Shown here piece after piece: positions 1-12,353 of a stretch of DNA of 52,015 bases (position 1 is its first letter; every line of letters starts with the position of its first letter). Origin of the DNA: Candidatus Parvarchaeota archaeon (GTDB lineage Archaea; Nanobdellota; Nanobdellia; WJKC01); contig JAUWZX010000001.1 of assembly GCA_030615175.1 (NCBI GenBank), positions 408,029-460,043 of the forward strand, written 5' to 3'. The notes under the pieces were generated by a model. It saw only the letters and a program-made list of their open reading frames with translations. It did no database searches and was not told the origin of the DNA. Made by a program: the position numbers and the translations under genes.

Positions 1-832
1 CAGCGCTCTTTATTAAATTATTAAATGATAATACACTAATTGCGTTGCACTGCTTGAAAGCTGCCTTGTATATTTCATAACTGCCTGCAAGCGACCCTGT
101 GTGACTGCTCGCTGCTCTCTGACCTGCCTCACTAGTCCCTGCCTTTAATACTAATATTGGTTTTTTTGAATTAATGCATGCGTTCATGAATTTCCTGCCA
201 TGCTTTATTGATTCAATGTATAATGCAATCACTTTTGTTTCCGAATCATTGTTTAATTCATTTATTAATTCATGGAAGCTGATGTCAGCCATGTTGCCAA
301 TGCTTATGAAGTAGCGCAGCCCTATTCCTTCACCTATTGCCCAGTCAAGTATTGCGACTCCAAGGGCTCCTGACTGGCTTATGAAACTAATACCTCCTTT
401 TTTAGGCGTTTCCTTGAAGAATGATGCATTAAAGTAGCCTGGCTTAATTACTCCCAGAACATTAGGTCCTAGTAACCTGACTCCTAATTTTTTTGCTTTC
501 CTTATTAACTTGCTCTCAATTCTTGCTTCACCTGTTTCCTTGAATCCAGCGCTTACAATTATTGCTTCACTTACTCCTTTAACTCCGCATTCACCAATCA
601 CTTTATCAACTAATGATGCTGGAACTACAATTACTGCTACTTCAACGTTTTCTTTTATCTTTGTTACATTTTCATAGCACTTAACTCCAAGAATTCTCTT
701 AGCATTAGGATTCACTGGGTAAACTTTTATTCTTGATTTTTTTAAATTCTTGAAGACTATGTGCCCGACTTTACTTGGATTCCTTGAAGCACCAATCACT
801 GCCACGCTTTTAGGGTTTAGAATCTTTAACAT
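1..832 (-). CDS. acdA: Acetate-CoA ligase (ADP-forming) alpha subunit, runs off the window edge
   Basis: Hand translation from ATG at 832: MLKILNPKSVAVIGASRNPSKVGHIVFKNL, with later LLGPNVLG and ISQSGALG motifs. Not in the ORF track. Confidence 0.9.
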   Translation of the reverse strand, partial: MLKILNPKSVAVIGASRNPSKVGHIVFKNLKKSRIKVYPVNPNAKRILGVKCYENVTKIKENVEVAVIVVPASLVDKVIGECGVKGVSEAIIVSAGFKETGEARIESKLIRKAKKLGVRLLGPNVLGVIKPGYFNASFFKETPKKGGISFISQSGALGVAILDWAIGEGIGLRYFISIGNMADISFHELINELNNDSETKVIALYIESIKHGRKFMNACINSKKPILVLKAGTSEAGQRAASSHTGSLAGSYEIYKAAFKQCNAISVLSFNNLIKSA

Positions 833-933
833 TATGTTTCTATAATTATTCATAGTATAAAAAACTTAACAACTTGTCTTATTTATTATAATATAACAAA
901 CTTTAAATTAATTAAAAGCAATTAAGTGATATT

Positions 934-1281
934 ATGAGTGAGAGTTATATTGATAAAGATTTCGAGGAATTAATTGAATTGGCCAAGAAGAAACCAGCAT
1001 ATAATAAAGTGATTGATAGTAGTCCTGAAGGATTACAGGAATATGAAAATATAATAAAGCGTCTTTACTATCTTGTTAAGGATGGATGGTTAAATAAAAA
1101 TTTTGAAGGACATGCATTGAAAATCCGTGCACAGGCATATGTTCTTTCAATAATGGATATTTTCGATAAAGAGTTTATAGAGAAAACTAAGTATTTATTA
1201 GACAGTGAGGAAGGTAAGGAAAAGCTTGGAAGAATAATGAGCGAACTTGATGATAAGAATATAGAGTCATTATTAAAGTAA
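934..1281 (+). CDS. Hypothetical protein
   Basis: 115-aa ORF with a TATA-like box about 30 nt upstream; no recognised motif. Confidence 0.6.
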   Translation: MSESYIDKDFEELIELAKKKPAYNKVIDSSPEGLQEYENIIKRLYYLVKDGWLNKNFEGHALKIRAQAYVLSIMDIFDKEFIEKTKYLLDSEEGKEKLGRIMSELDDKNIESLLK

Positions 1282-1290
1282 AGTTAGCCT

Positions 1291-1524
1291 TCATCCCCCA
1301 ATCATTTTTGGCAATATCACTATTCTTGAGTTATCCTTTATTTTCTCATTAAGGTCTTGAATGCTTAATCCATTAATCATGATTACGTAATCCTCAAGTT
1401 GCTTGATTTTCATTTTTTTAACAACATCTTTTATTGATGAATCCTTGCTCATGCTTAATATGATTTCTTTCTCTGCTGGCTCATAAGTCTTAACCTTTAC
1501 TTTTATTCTCTGCACACAACGCAT
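1291..1524 (-). CDS. MoaD/ThiS/SAMP ubiquitin-like protein (true start possibly GTG a few codons in)
   Basis: About 75 aa, ends IVILPKMIGG (C-terminal GG); overlaps the E1-like gene. Confidence 0.85.
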   Translation of the reverse strand: MRCVQRIKVKVKTYEPAEKEIILSMSKDSSIKDVVKKMKIKQLEDYVIMINGLSIQDLNEKIKDNSRIVILPKMIGG

Positions 1525-2228
1525 TTAGGATTCCTCCTTATCACTAGTGTATCAAATTTATTATCATGAAGTGAGAATATAGTGATAAATGATTTCTCTG
1601 GCTTAGTCATTCCTGACAATATGTGTATTGCTTGGCTTGCTGATAAACTGCCTGCAACCCCTGGCGCTGGACCAATAACTCCTATTAACTGCTTCTTTTT
1701 TGACTCCTTGTACACGCAGGCAAAGCATGCCTTGCCAGGCATGAAGACCGCACTCACTCCTTTATTCTTCTCTATTGCAGCATGTATGAATGGAATGCTT
1801 AACTTAATGCTTGCCTCATTCATTATGAAGCGGGATTCCATGTTGTCAGTTCCGTCAAGAATTAAGTCACAGTTTTTAGCAAGTCTTAATACACTATCCT
1901 TTGTAATCCTTGCATTCACTGCTTTTAATTTAACATTCTTATTCATTTTTTTCAATTTCTCTTCCGCAACCTTAACTTTAATCTGCCCAATATCCATTTC
2001 ATCATATAAGATTTGTCTTGGCAAATTGCTTAATTCAACAATGTCATAATCAATTATTCTTAATTCACCAATACCTGCCCTTACAAGGTAAGTTGATATA
2101 ATTGAGCCAAGACCTCCAAGCCCTGCCAGTAATGCTTTTGACTTCTTTAATTTTTCCTGCCCCTTTAACCCTATTTCCTTAAAAATTACCTGACGATTAT
2201 ACCTCTCAAGTTCCTTCAATGATAACAT
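1503..2228 (-). CDS. ThiF/MoeB/UbaA E1-like activating enzyme
   Basis: ERYNRQ, GLGGLG, DYDIVELSNLPRQ, DGTDN, and Zn motifs CFAC and CVVC. Confidence 0.92.
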   Translation of the reverse strand: MLSLKELERYNRQVIFKEIGLKGQEKLKKSKALLAGLGGLGSIISTYLVRAGIGELRIIDYDIVELSNLPRQILYDEMDIGQIKVKVAEEKLKKMNKNVKLKAVNARITKDSVLRLAKNCDLILDGTDNMESRFIMNEASIKLSIPFIHAAIEKNKGVSAVFMPGKACFACVYKESKKKQLIGVIGPAPGVAGSLSASQAIHILSGMTKPEKSFITIFSLHDNKFDTLVIRRNPKCVVCRE

Positions 2229-2291
2229 GAAGATATATGATGGATTAGTAATATAAAAAACTTATAACTGAGAACCGCGTAAACATTTTTT

Positions 2292-2600
2292 ATGCCTGAG
2301 TTAAAGGATTATATTGAAAAATTATTAGATATGAGGGAAAAAGACCCTGTTAAGTACGCTGAGACAATGAAGAATTATCAGGATAATTACTCAACTTTTT
2401 ATTCTCAATTAATTAATGCCATGCCTAAGGAGGAGGTTGCAGGCGTTGAAGGGAAAAAAAAATTGGTATTGCCTAAGTATAATTTTAAGAATCGTTTAAT
2501 GGATTTCTTAAGGGCATTCTGGTTTTACTTGATACTCATTAGTGGAGGCTTAATTACTGTTGTTATATTATTAATAATTCTATTTAGTCGTTTAACGTAG
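2292..2600 (+). CDS. Hypothetical tail-anchored membrane protein
   Basis: 102 aa with a single C-terminal hydrophobic segment. Confidence 0.6.
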   Translation: MPELKDYIEKLLDMREKDPVKYAETMKNYQDNYSTFYSQLINAMPKEEVAGVEGKKKLVLPKYNFKNRLMDFLRAFWFYLILISGGLITVVILLIILFSRLT

Positions 2601-2750
2601 TGCTGCGTGCAGTATTATTATAGTGATTATTGTAATGAATGATGCGAATATCACGTAGCCTGGCTTGATTAATACCTTGCTCTTATAGTCACTGAAGTAA
2701 CGCATTATTCCTCCAGTGCTCTGAGGCATCATTGTCTGTTTCTTTGCCAT
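2592..2750 (-). CDS. secG: Preprotein translocase subunit Sec61beta (archaeal SecG)
   Basis: Hand translation: MAKKQTMMPQSTGGIMRYFSDYKSKVLIKPGYVIFASFITIITIIILHAALR (52 aa). GGIMRYF motif followed by Pro and a TM helix. Below the ORF-track cutoff. Confidence 0.9.
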   Translation of the reverse strand: MAKKQTMMPQSTGGIMRYFSDYKSKVLIKPGYVIFASFITIITIIILHAALR

Positions 2751-2805
2751 TAATAATATAAAATGCATTAAACCGTTTATAAATCTTGCGGGAAAAAGAG
2801 AATTG

Positions 2806-3136
2806 TAGTGATTGAGTGTTAGCCCGTTTTCTGTTAAGCCCTCAGCGCATTAACCGCGCTTCATTGACGGCTGCGTGGTTATTCTACTAAGCGTCATCTT
2901 TTGACTTGCACTGCCTTGCGTGCAGCAAGCCGTTTCACACCACTAATCCAAGACCCTCATAATCATAATCATTGGTTGAATTGCCTTGGCGTGGTTGTCG
3001 TCACTGTTCAAGCTGCCAAGCCCTCTCAAGCACTACCCTTACGGGTCGCAAGTTAACGGAGTTGAACCGTTAATAATAGCAGTGAACGGACTTACCTCAC
3101 TCGTTGCCGAGCGTGAAACCACTCACTCAATCACTA
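2806..3136 (-). ncRNA. rnpB: RNase P RNA
   Basis: Perfect 13-bp terminal helix P1 (TAGTGATTGAGTG / CACTCAATCACTA). GAGGUAAGUCCGUU near the 5' end pairs with ACAGAAAACGGGCUA near the 3' end (P4). P2 GUGGUU/AACCAC and the UGAAACGG motif are present. TATA box CTTATAAA about 24 nt upstream. Confidence 0.93.
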
Positions 3137-3170
3137 AATAAAGTAAGTAAATTTACGGATTTATAAGCCT

Positions 3171-3377
3171 TTACTTTTTAATTTTCTTAACTCTTTTTTT
3201 AATGTTTAATACATCAATAAATATTAGTATTATTGTTATCACTAAACTAATGATTATGGAAGTATTCCAGTCAACACTAAAAGTCATTAATAACTGGGTT
3301 AGTACGCTGCTCATTAATGCAACTACGAAAATAATTATGAATGCAAGGATGTTGATTTTAATCTTAGATTTCTTCAT
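3171..3377 (-). CDS. Small membrane protein, two TM helices
   Basis: 68 aa, two hydrophobic segments, basic ends. Confidence 0.55.
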   Translation of the reverse strand: MKKSKIKINILAFIIIFVVALMSSVLTQLLMTFSVDWNTSIIISLVITIILIFIDVLNIKKRVKKIKK

Positions 3378-3455
3378 TAAGTGATAATTAATTCTTTTTG
3401 TTCTTAATTACTTTTTCATTAGATTTTTAAGCACCCATTAAATTAAGCATTTTAT

Positions 3456-3950
3456 ATGAATCTATTATTAACACTCTTTATTTACACGATTTCATTGTAC
3501 GTGACTAATGCGTCATGCACTCTTGCAGTGTTAATTAAGAAAAGACATCCTGTTGATTTTGGCAGGAAGTTAGGAAAGTACAGATTACTTGGTGATGGGA
3601 AAACTATTGAAGGATTACTAATCGGTTTCTTACTTGGCAGTTTCACTTCAATAATCATTTACTTGCTCTGGACTGAATTCATGGTTACTGTAAGCATTAC
3701 TGCTAACGCGTTCGCATTACTTGGTGACGTGACTCATTCATTCATTAAGCGACGACTAGGGATTAAGCGAGGTGATAGATGGTTCCTTGTTGACCAGTTA
3801 GACTTCGTGGTTGCTGCTTACATTTACCTGTCATTTTACCTTGCTATGGATTTATTATCCATTATCATCATGTTTGGATTTACAGTCCTGATTCATCGCG
3901 CTTCAAACATTATTGCTTATCATTTGAAATTAAAGAAGGTGCCATGGTAA
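3456..3950 (+). CDS. carS: CDP-archaeol synthase (DUF46)
   Basis: PVDFG...LLGDGKTIEG, GDVTHSFIKRRLGIKRG, DQLDF and C-terminal LKLKKVPW. Confidence 0.93.
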   Translation: MNLLLTLFIYTISLYVTNASCTLAVLIKKRHPVDFGRKLGKYRLLGDGKTIEGLLIGFLLGSFTSIIIYLLWTEFMVTVSITANAFALLGDVTHSFIKRRLGIKRGDRWFLVDQLDFVVAAYIYLSFYLAMDLLSIIIMFGFTVLIHRASNIIAYHLKLKKVPW

Positions 3951-3951
3951 A

Positions 3952-4515
3952 ATGCTTGCCAAGAATAAGAAGAATTTTGCAGGATTAATTAAGCCGGTTG
4001 TAACAGTAATGGCTAAGACAGGTTTAAGACCTAATCACTTAACAGTGTTAGGGCTCGCGTTAGGAATTATTGCTTTTTTATTCACGAGCATTGATTACTG
4101 GATAACGCTTGCCTTATTCGCGTTAGCATTCAGTCTTGACGCTTTTGACGGCGCCCTGGCGAGGACGACTGGGAATGTTTCAAAGTTTGGAGGATTTCTT
4201 GACTCAGTTTGTGACAAAATTGTTGAAGTATTATTCATTGCGAGCATTGCCTTAAGGACTGGCTTATTCACCATTGCTTTATTCGCTGTCAGTTTATCAA
4301 TACTCATTTCTTACTCCAAGCACAGAGCTCAATGCCTGGGCGCTAAATTCATTCACTCATCCTTTGACCGGGCTGAGCGATTAATTTACTCATTAGTGAT
4401 GATGCTCGTGCATCAATTTAATCAATTATACACTCAGTATTTATTCATTATTTACACGGTTCTCTGCGCGACTGCAATACTGCAGGTTTTTTACAGGGTT
4501 AAGAAACAGTTATAA
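3952..4515 (+). CDS. CDP-alcohol phosphatidyltransferase
   Basis: PNHLT and the signature DAFDGALAR...SKFGGFLDSVCD; directly follows carS. Confidence 0.92.
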   Translation: MLAKNKKNFAGLIKPVVTVMAKTGLRPNHLTVLGLALGIIAFLFTSIDYWITLALFALAFSLDAFDGALARTTGNVSKFGGFLDSVCDKIVEVLFIASIALRTGLFTIALFAVSLSILISYSKHRAQCLGAKFIHSSFDRAERLIYSLVMMLVHQFNQLYTQYLFIIYTVLCATAILQVFYRVKKQL

Positions 4516-5220
4516 TTCATCATAATTTATTATTATATCCCTGATGTCTTGAAAAATATGGATTCTCGGGTTTGACTTATCAATCTCACTGTGTTCATCT
4601 TCATATGCCCATGTCTCGCAAGGAATGTAAATTACTTTTAATCCAACCTCTAATGCTGGATTAACATCTGACCTTATTGAGTTACCAACCTTAAATGTTC
4701 TGTCTTTATCTCTTTTACCAACAATGATTTCTAAATCATTTTTGTTTTTTTCATTAACAATATGAATTTCTTTAAACCAGTATTGAATATGATTAATGTC
4801 AATTTTATGTTGTTGGATTACTTTATCGCCTTTAGTGTAAAGAATTAATTCATCTTCCTTTTCTAAAAGGAAGTTAAGAACTTCTTCAGCTCCATCAATT
4901 AAGCATGGACTTATGTCAAAAGCTTGTTTTCCAATATTATAAACCTCTGTTAATTCCTGATTAGTGAAAGAATAATTTTTTGATTTGCATATAACCTTAT
5001 ATGTTTCCATTAATGAACCCGGAAACCTTTTTCTCGAAAACCCTAATTTTTTAACCCTGTTTTTATCAATTTCAATTTCTAAATTCATAATTGATTGTAA
5101 GTTTGGCGCTTTATAACCCAGCCTGTCAAGGATGTATTCTAGAAAAGCAATTTGTGCATAACCATAATAATGCGTGTTCGGCGCTAAGGTGTCATCATAG
5201 TCAAAAATAAAGGTTTTCAT
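4510..5220 (-). CDS. HAD-superfamily hydrolase
   Basis: Motif I FDYDDTL, motif II YTKGD, motif IV VGNSIRSD; likely start MKTFIFD at 5220. Confidence 0.88.
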   Translation of the reverse strand: MKTFIFDYDDTLAPNTHYYGYAQIAFLEYILDRLGYKAPNLQSIMNLEIEIDKNRVKKLGFSRKRFPGSLMETYKVICKSKNYSFTNQELTEVYNIGKQAFDISPCLIDGAEEVLNFLLEKEDELILYTKGDKVIQQHKIDINHIQYWFKEIHIVNEKNKNDLEIIVGKRDKDRTFKVGNSIRSDVNPALEVGLKVIYIPCETWAYEDEHSEIDKSNPRIHIFQDIRDIIINYDEL

Positions 5221-5264
5221 TATTAACATTTTATTCATGAGGAAAAGCATTATAATTATTTCTA

Positions 5265-5906
5265 TTATGGAGTAATGGTTAAGTTAATCGCGCTGCCTGG
5301 TCCTGGATTAATAATTTTAGTCTTCCCAATCATTACCTGCCTGCCTTCATGTTCATGAACGTGACCGCAGATAACCATTAATGGTTGCTCGCTCTTAATG
5401 AATTCAAGTAATGACTTGCTTCCAGCGTGAATGCCTCTATTCACTTCATCCAAGTAACCGTAAGGTGGGGGGTGACTAATTAATATAAGATTCTCCCTGC
5501 CTTTGAATTTATCAAGCAATTCATTTATTTCTTCCTCGCTATACTCATTAGGAGTGTTAAACGGCGTCTTGTTGCTGCCGCCCAGTCCTGCAAGCGTTAA
5601 TCCCTTGTACTTAACTACTTGACCGCGTAAGTTAATGAAGCCATGTTTCTCACATTCCTTTTCAATTTCATTATTCATTTCATGATTTCCTGGCACCATG
5701 AATACTGGAATCATTGACTTTGATAGCATCATCATCATTTCACTTAATCCTGCTCCGAAGTTTGTTAAGTCGCCGGCGCAGATAATGAACCTGCAATCCT
5801 TGCTCATGGCATTACTAACCGCATTCCTTAACGCTTCAATGCTTCCATGCAAGTCAGTGAAAGCGAAAACGCGTAAGACTCGCGTGACTTTATCTTGATG
5901 CCTCAT
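5265..5906 (-). CDS. Calcineurin-like metallophosphoesterase
   Basis: DLHG, GDLT, GNHE, SHPPP and GHVHE motifs. Confidence 0.92.
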   Translation of the reverse strand: MRHQDKVTRVLRVFAFTDLHGSIEALRNAVSNAMSKDCRFIICAGDLTNFGAGLSEMMMMLSKSMIPVFMVPGNHEMNNEIEKECEKHGFINLRGQVVKYKGLTLAGLGGSNKTPFNTPNEYSEEEINELLDKFKGRENLILISHPPPYGYLDEVNRGIHAGSKSLLEFIKSEQPLMVICGHVHEHEGRQVMIGKTKIINPGPGSAINLTITP

Positions 5907-5931
5907 ACTTTATAGTAATAATTAGTGGTAT

Positions 5932-6666
5932 TTATTTTTTCTTTAATTTAATGCTTAATACATTATTATTGTATACTCTTTCAATTAATTCAGCGTCGCA
6001 TTCAATCTTCTTACTTAAATTAAAATCGTAGCGTGGAAAGTCATCTCTGAAATTAATCTTTAATTTCTTGCCGTCATCATCATATTTTACTTTAATTCCT
6101 TCTTCATTGAACTTGCCGAACCTGTTGCTTAATTGAAATATGATTTCATAGAAGTCATCATATTCATTGAATTCATTATGTGTTACGAATAGTGGCGAAT
6201 TCTTAGTCTTATAATCTCTTGGTTCCTTTATTTCATCAGTAAGTACTAATTTATCATTAAAGATGCTTATAAAATCCTCTATTCCACGCCCGGAGCGCCC
6301 ATCATAATTAATGAATTTAATGAAGTCAGGAAACCTATCCCTGCGAACACGGTTATAATTAAGGAAGCTGTTTAAACGATTTAACATATCCTTAAATGCG
6401 TCTTCAGGGAATACCATGTTATGACCAGAGACTCTTGGCAAATCACTTAATTCCTTTTCAGAGAAACTAAGCAAATCATTTAATCTGTCCGCAGGAAAGT
6501 CATTTGAAAGTCCTTTAAAGAGTCTTAGGAATTTATTCATAACTGGTTCAAACTCTTCTTCAAATCTTTTCTTATCCACTTCATTCCCATCAATGTAGAA
6601 TCGGCCGTTTTTCATATCAAATCTTTTCCTAAATACCTTACCCCCTTCATCATCTTCATACTTCAT
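5932..6666 (-). CDS. Hypothetical protein, possible C-terminal Hsp20-like domain
   Basis: Ends YNNNVLSIKLKK, resembling the Hsp20 YxNGVLxI motif; the rest is unrecognised. Confidence 0.5.
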   Translation of the reverse strand: MKYEDDEGGKVFRKRFDMKNGRFYIDGNEVDKKRFEEEFEPVMNKFLRLFKGLSNDFPADRLNDLLSFSEKELSDLPRVSGHNMVFPEDAFKDMLNRLNSFLNYNRVRRDRFPDFIKFINYDGRSGRGIEDFISIFNDKLVLTDEIKEPRDYKTKNSPLFVTHNEFNEYDDFYEIIFQLSNRFGKFNEEGIKVKYDDDGKKLKINFRDDFPRYDFNLSKKIECDAELIERVYNNNVLSIKLKKK

Positions 6667-6693
6667 AATTTAATAATAAGCATAACTAGTATT

Positions 6694-6751
6694 TAAAAAG
6701 TTAATGGATTAAAAAAAGATAATAAAAATTTAATGGATTAAAAAAAAATAA
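6694..6751. repeat. Two-copy 29-bp tandem repeat containing oligo(T) tracts on the minus strand; likely 23S terminator region
   Basis: taaaaagttaatggattaaaaaaagataa / taaaaatttaatggattaaaaaaaaataa, 27 of 29 identical. Confidence 0.75.
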
Positions 6752-6832
6752 CTGACAACCGTTGCATTAAACCCAATAAATAATTAATTCCATTGTCACA
6801 GGCGACTTAACTAAGTGACCCTTGTCTTAGTT

Positions 6833-9806
<2,974 letters not shown>

Positions 9807-10061
9807 CACAAACTAAGAAAGGGTATATTTTAGTAGTCCCCTGTGAACTACTGGAAATTACTTTACGTCTATTATTTATTGGGCCTATGCAACGGCGTCA
9901 TGAACATGAATGTTTCAGCCAGTCACTCCCTTAAGTCTTTACTCAGGAAGCTCATGTTTCGTGTTAAGCAGCGGTCTACAACTCAGAGGTTGTAAGAAGT
10001 TTTAATGCTTAATTTATTCACTTATCATTTCGACCACTAAATATTAAAAAAAACAAAGAGG

Positions 10062-10069
10062 TTTATAAA
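10062..10069 (-). promoter_or_regulatory. TATA box of the stand-alone 23S rRNA transcription unit
   Basis: TTTATAAA located between the preA stop and the 23S leader. Confidence 0.6.
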
Positions 10070-10089
10070 GGTTGCGATTCATAATGTCA

Positions 10090-11277
10090 TCATTGACTTT
10101 TAGGAATCATCTTTAATGCATTTGAATTGCATGCTGAAACGCAGCTGCCGCAGCCGTCACATTCATCATCATTTATTATTATTCCAACTTCATCCTTTGT
10201 TATTGCATCATAATTGCAGAACGACAGGCAGGTATAACACTTAGTGCATTTATCATAATCAACTTTACTAATCCTTTTAATATTATTAAGACTAAACCAG
10301 TCAGTAATGGAATCAAGCCCGCGTCCCTTAATCTCTTTTAAAACAGTTCCTTGCCTGTTCAAGTAAGATTCTAAATTCTTTATCAAGTCATTAATAACCT
10401 GATAACCTTTATTCATGACTTCAGTGCATACTTGTATTGTTGTTGCACCTAATAATATGTATTCAATCATTGCATTATTATCTGAACTTACTCCACCCAT
10501 AGCACTTACTTGGTGTTTATCATAATCAATGCTCTTGCAAATATTTGCAATACTGGCTCTTGCAAAAGGGCGGATTATTTCTCCTGACATGCCTCCATAA
10601 GTAGTCATGCCGCCAGTATTTAATTCCGGCTTTAAAGTATCAATATTAATCTCGCAAAGCCCTGCTATGGTATTAATGCCGGAGATTCCGTCTGCTCCAG
10701 CTTCAATGCACTTGGATGCAATGTAACCTTCATTCGGGTAGGATGAATTAGTTAGTTTAACAATTATTTTCTTATCATCGACGAGAACGCTTTTCACTGC
10801 CCTGGTTAGTTCACTGCATAAATCAGGCTTCTGTCCGATAACGTATCCTTTTCCTTCATGGTCTGCATGAGGGCATGAGAAATTAAGTTCAAAACCATCA
10901 GTTTTAGTGTTCTTAAATATTCTTGCAGTATTAATCCATTCACTGACTTCTTGGCTGCCAAAAAGGCTTATGTATAATAATTTATCAGGGTATAACTCTT
11001 TTATTTCATTAACAGTGCTAACCCAGTATTCAGGTTCATGAATTGAACCCATCTCATAATTCTGTGAGGCAATAATTTTTCCTTTATATTTTATGTGCGC
11101 TATCCTCGGAGTCTTGTCAATAAGTGGGTTTTCGCAAACACTTTTAGTAATCACGCCAGCCCAACCAGCTTTATAACCTTTAATTATGCTTTCTAAATCC
11201 TTTGTTGGCGGAGCTGAAGCAAGAATGAAAGGATTATCAAGTTCTTTACCTAAGAAATTAACTTTTAGGAGCGACAT
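10090..11277 (-). CDS. preA: Dihydropyrimidine dehydrogenase subunit PreA-like protein (FMN barrel plus 2x4Fe-4S)
   Basis: NPFILASAPPT, GWAGVITKS, ELNFSCPH, INTI, YGGMSG; C-terminal CxxCxxCxxxC twice. Confidence 0.85.
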   Translation of the reverse strand: MSLLKVNFLGKELDNPFILASAPPTKDLESIIKGYKAGWAGVITKSVCENPLIDKTPRIAHIKYKGKIIASQNYEMGSIHEPEYWVSTVNEIKELYPDKLLYISLFGSQEVSEWINTARIFKNTKTDGFELNFSCPHADHEGKGYVIGQKPDLCSELTRAVKSVLVDDKKIIVKLTNSSYPNEGYIASKCIEAGADGISGINTIAGLCEINIDTLKPELNTGGMTTYGGMSGEIIRPFARASIANICKSIDYDKHQVSAMGGVSSDNNAMIEYILLGATTIQVCTEVMNKGYQVINDLIKNLESYLNRQGTVLKEIKGRGLDSITDWFSLNNIKRISKVDYDKCTKCYTCLSFCNYDAITKDEVGIIINDDECDGCGSCVSACNSNALKMIPKSQ

Positions 11278-11334
11278 TATTCTTTTTTTTATAAAATTAA
11301 TTTATTTAAGAATATGCGTGTTCTAAAATTAATA

Positions 11335-11874
11335 ATGGAATACTCGTTTAGTAAGGCGGTTCCAGTTCTTAAGCAGGGTGGAGTAATTATTTATCCTACT
11401 GAGACTTGCTATGGGCTCGGCGCTGACGCAACTAACCCGTTCGCCATCCGCAAAGTGTATAAATTGAAGAAGCGGGGGTTTGACAGGTTATTATCAGTCA
11501 TTGTTGCTTCTAAGGACATGATTGCCCGGTATGCTGAATTAAACCCTCATGCTGAGGAATTAATGAACCGCTTCATGCCAGGACCATTAACTCTGATAGT
11601 GAGAAATAAGTTATTTCCTGAAATATTATGCGGCGAGACTGTAGGGTTCAGGATTAGCAGTCATCCGGTAGCGCATGAATTAGTCAGTAAGTTCGGAAAA
11701 CCTGTTACTGCGACGAGTGCTAATATTTCAGGCGACCCAAACCCTTATGAGTGCCCTCAATTAAGAGGTGTTGATTACAGAATTTGTATTGGTAAATTAA
11801 AAGAAATGCCTTCATCAACGGTTTATGATACTATTGAGAAACGAGTGTTAAGGCAGGGGTTAATTATTATTTGA
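11335..11874 (+). CDS. tsaC: L-threonylcarbamoyladenylate synthase (TsaC/YrdC, single domain)
   Basis: YPTETCYGLG, KKR, PGPLT and TATSANISG; likely start MEYSF. Confidence 0.92.
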   Translation: MEYSFSKAVPVLKQGGVIIYPTETCYGLGADATNPFAIRKVYKLKKRGFDRLLSVIVASKDMIARYAELNPHAEELMNRFMPGPLTLIVRNKLFPEILCGETVGFRISSHPVAHELVSKFGKPVTATSANISGDPNPYECPQLRGVDYRICIGKLKEMPSSTVYDTIEKRVLRQGLIII

Positions 11875-11878
11875 GTGA

Positions 11879-11936
11879 GGATTCCTGCGCCGCGGAGTGC
11901 AGGAATCCCCTCTCACCACAGCAATTTAATGGTGAG
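11879..11936. terminator. Double hairpin between convergent genes
   Basis: GGATTCCTGCGC-6nt-GTGCAGGAATCC (12 bp with one GU), then CTCACCA-11nt-TGGTGAG. Confidence 0.5.
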
Positions 11937-11938
11937 TA

Positions 11939-12220
11939 TTATTGGAACATTGTTCCAGCCTCATTGAATAACCAGATTAAGATGAAATAAACAATTACTA
12001 TGGCAATGCCGAGGATTCCTAATAGTATGCCCAGCATCTTCAGACTAATCTTTGCTTTCTCCTTAATTATTTCAGGCGTTTTAGGCTTGAATTTTTCCTT
12101 TGCGTGCATGTAGCCGGCGTAAACGTCAGGATAATTAGTTATGTACCAGTCCCTGTACTGTTCAATCGGGTACTTGGTTAGGGATTCATTAATAATGTCA
12201 GTTCTGGTTTTTTCTTCCAT
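11939..12220 (-). CDS. Hypothetical tail-anchored membrane protein
   Basis: 93 aa with one C-terminal TM segment. Confidence 0.6.
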   Translation of the reverse strand: MEEKTRTDIINESLTKYPIEQYRDWYITNYPDVYAGYMHAKEKFKPKTPEIIKEKAKISLKMLGILLGILGIAIVIVYFILIWLFNEAGTMFQ

Positions 12221-12279
12221 GCAGTTATTGTTAATACTGAAAACTTTAAAAAACCTTTAGAATTATTCTTTTAATCATT

Positions 12280-12353
12280 GGGCTGGTAGATCAGTCTGGC
12301 AGATCACTTCGTTTGCAACGGAGAGGCCCCGGGTTCAAATCCCGGCCGGTCCA
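12280..12353 (+). tRNA. tRNA-Ala(UGC)
   Basis: Acceptor GGGCTGG/CCGGTCC with G3:U70, anticodon arm CTTCG-TTTGCAA-CGGAG, T-loop TTCAAAT; CCA not encoded. Confidence 0.96.

Noticed and set aside
6667..6832. 5S rRNA downstream of 23S
   Set aside because: Only the processing stem and AT-rich repeats are present; no 5S motifs were seen anywhere in the window.
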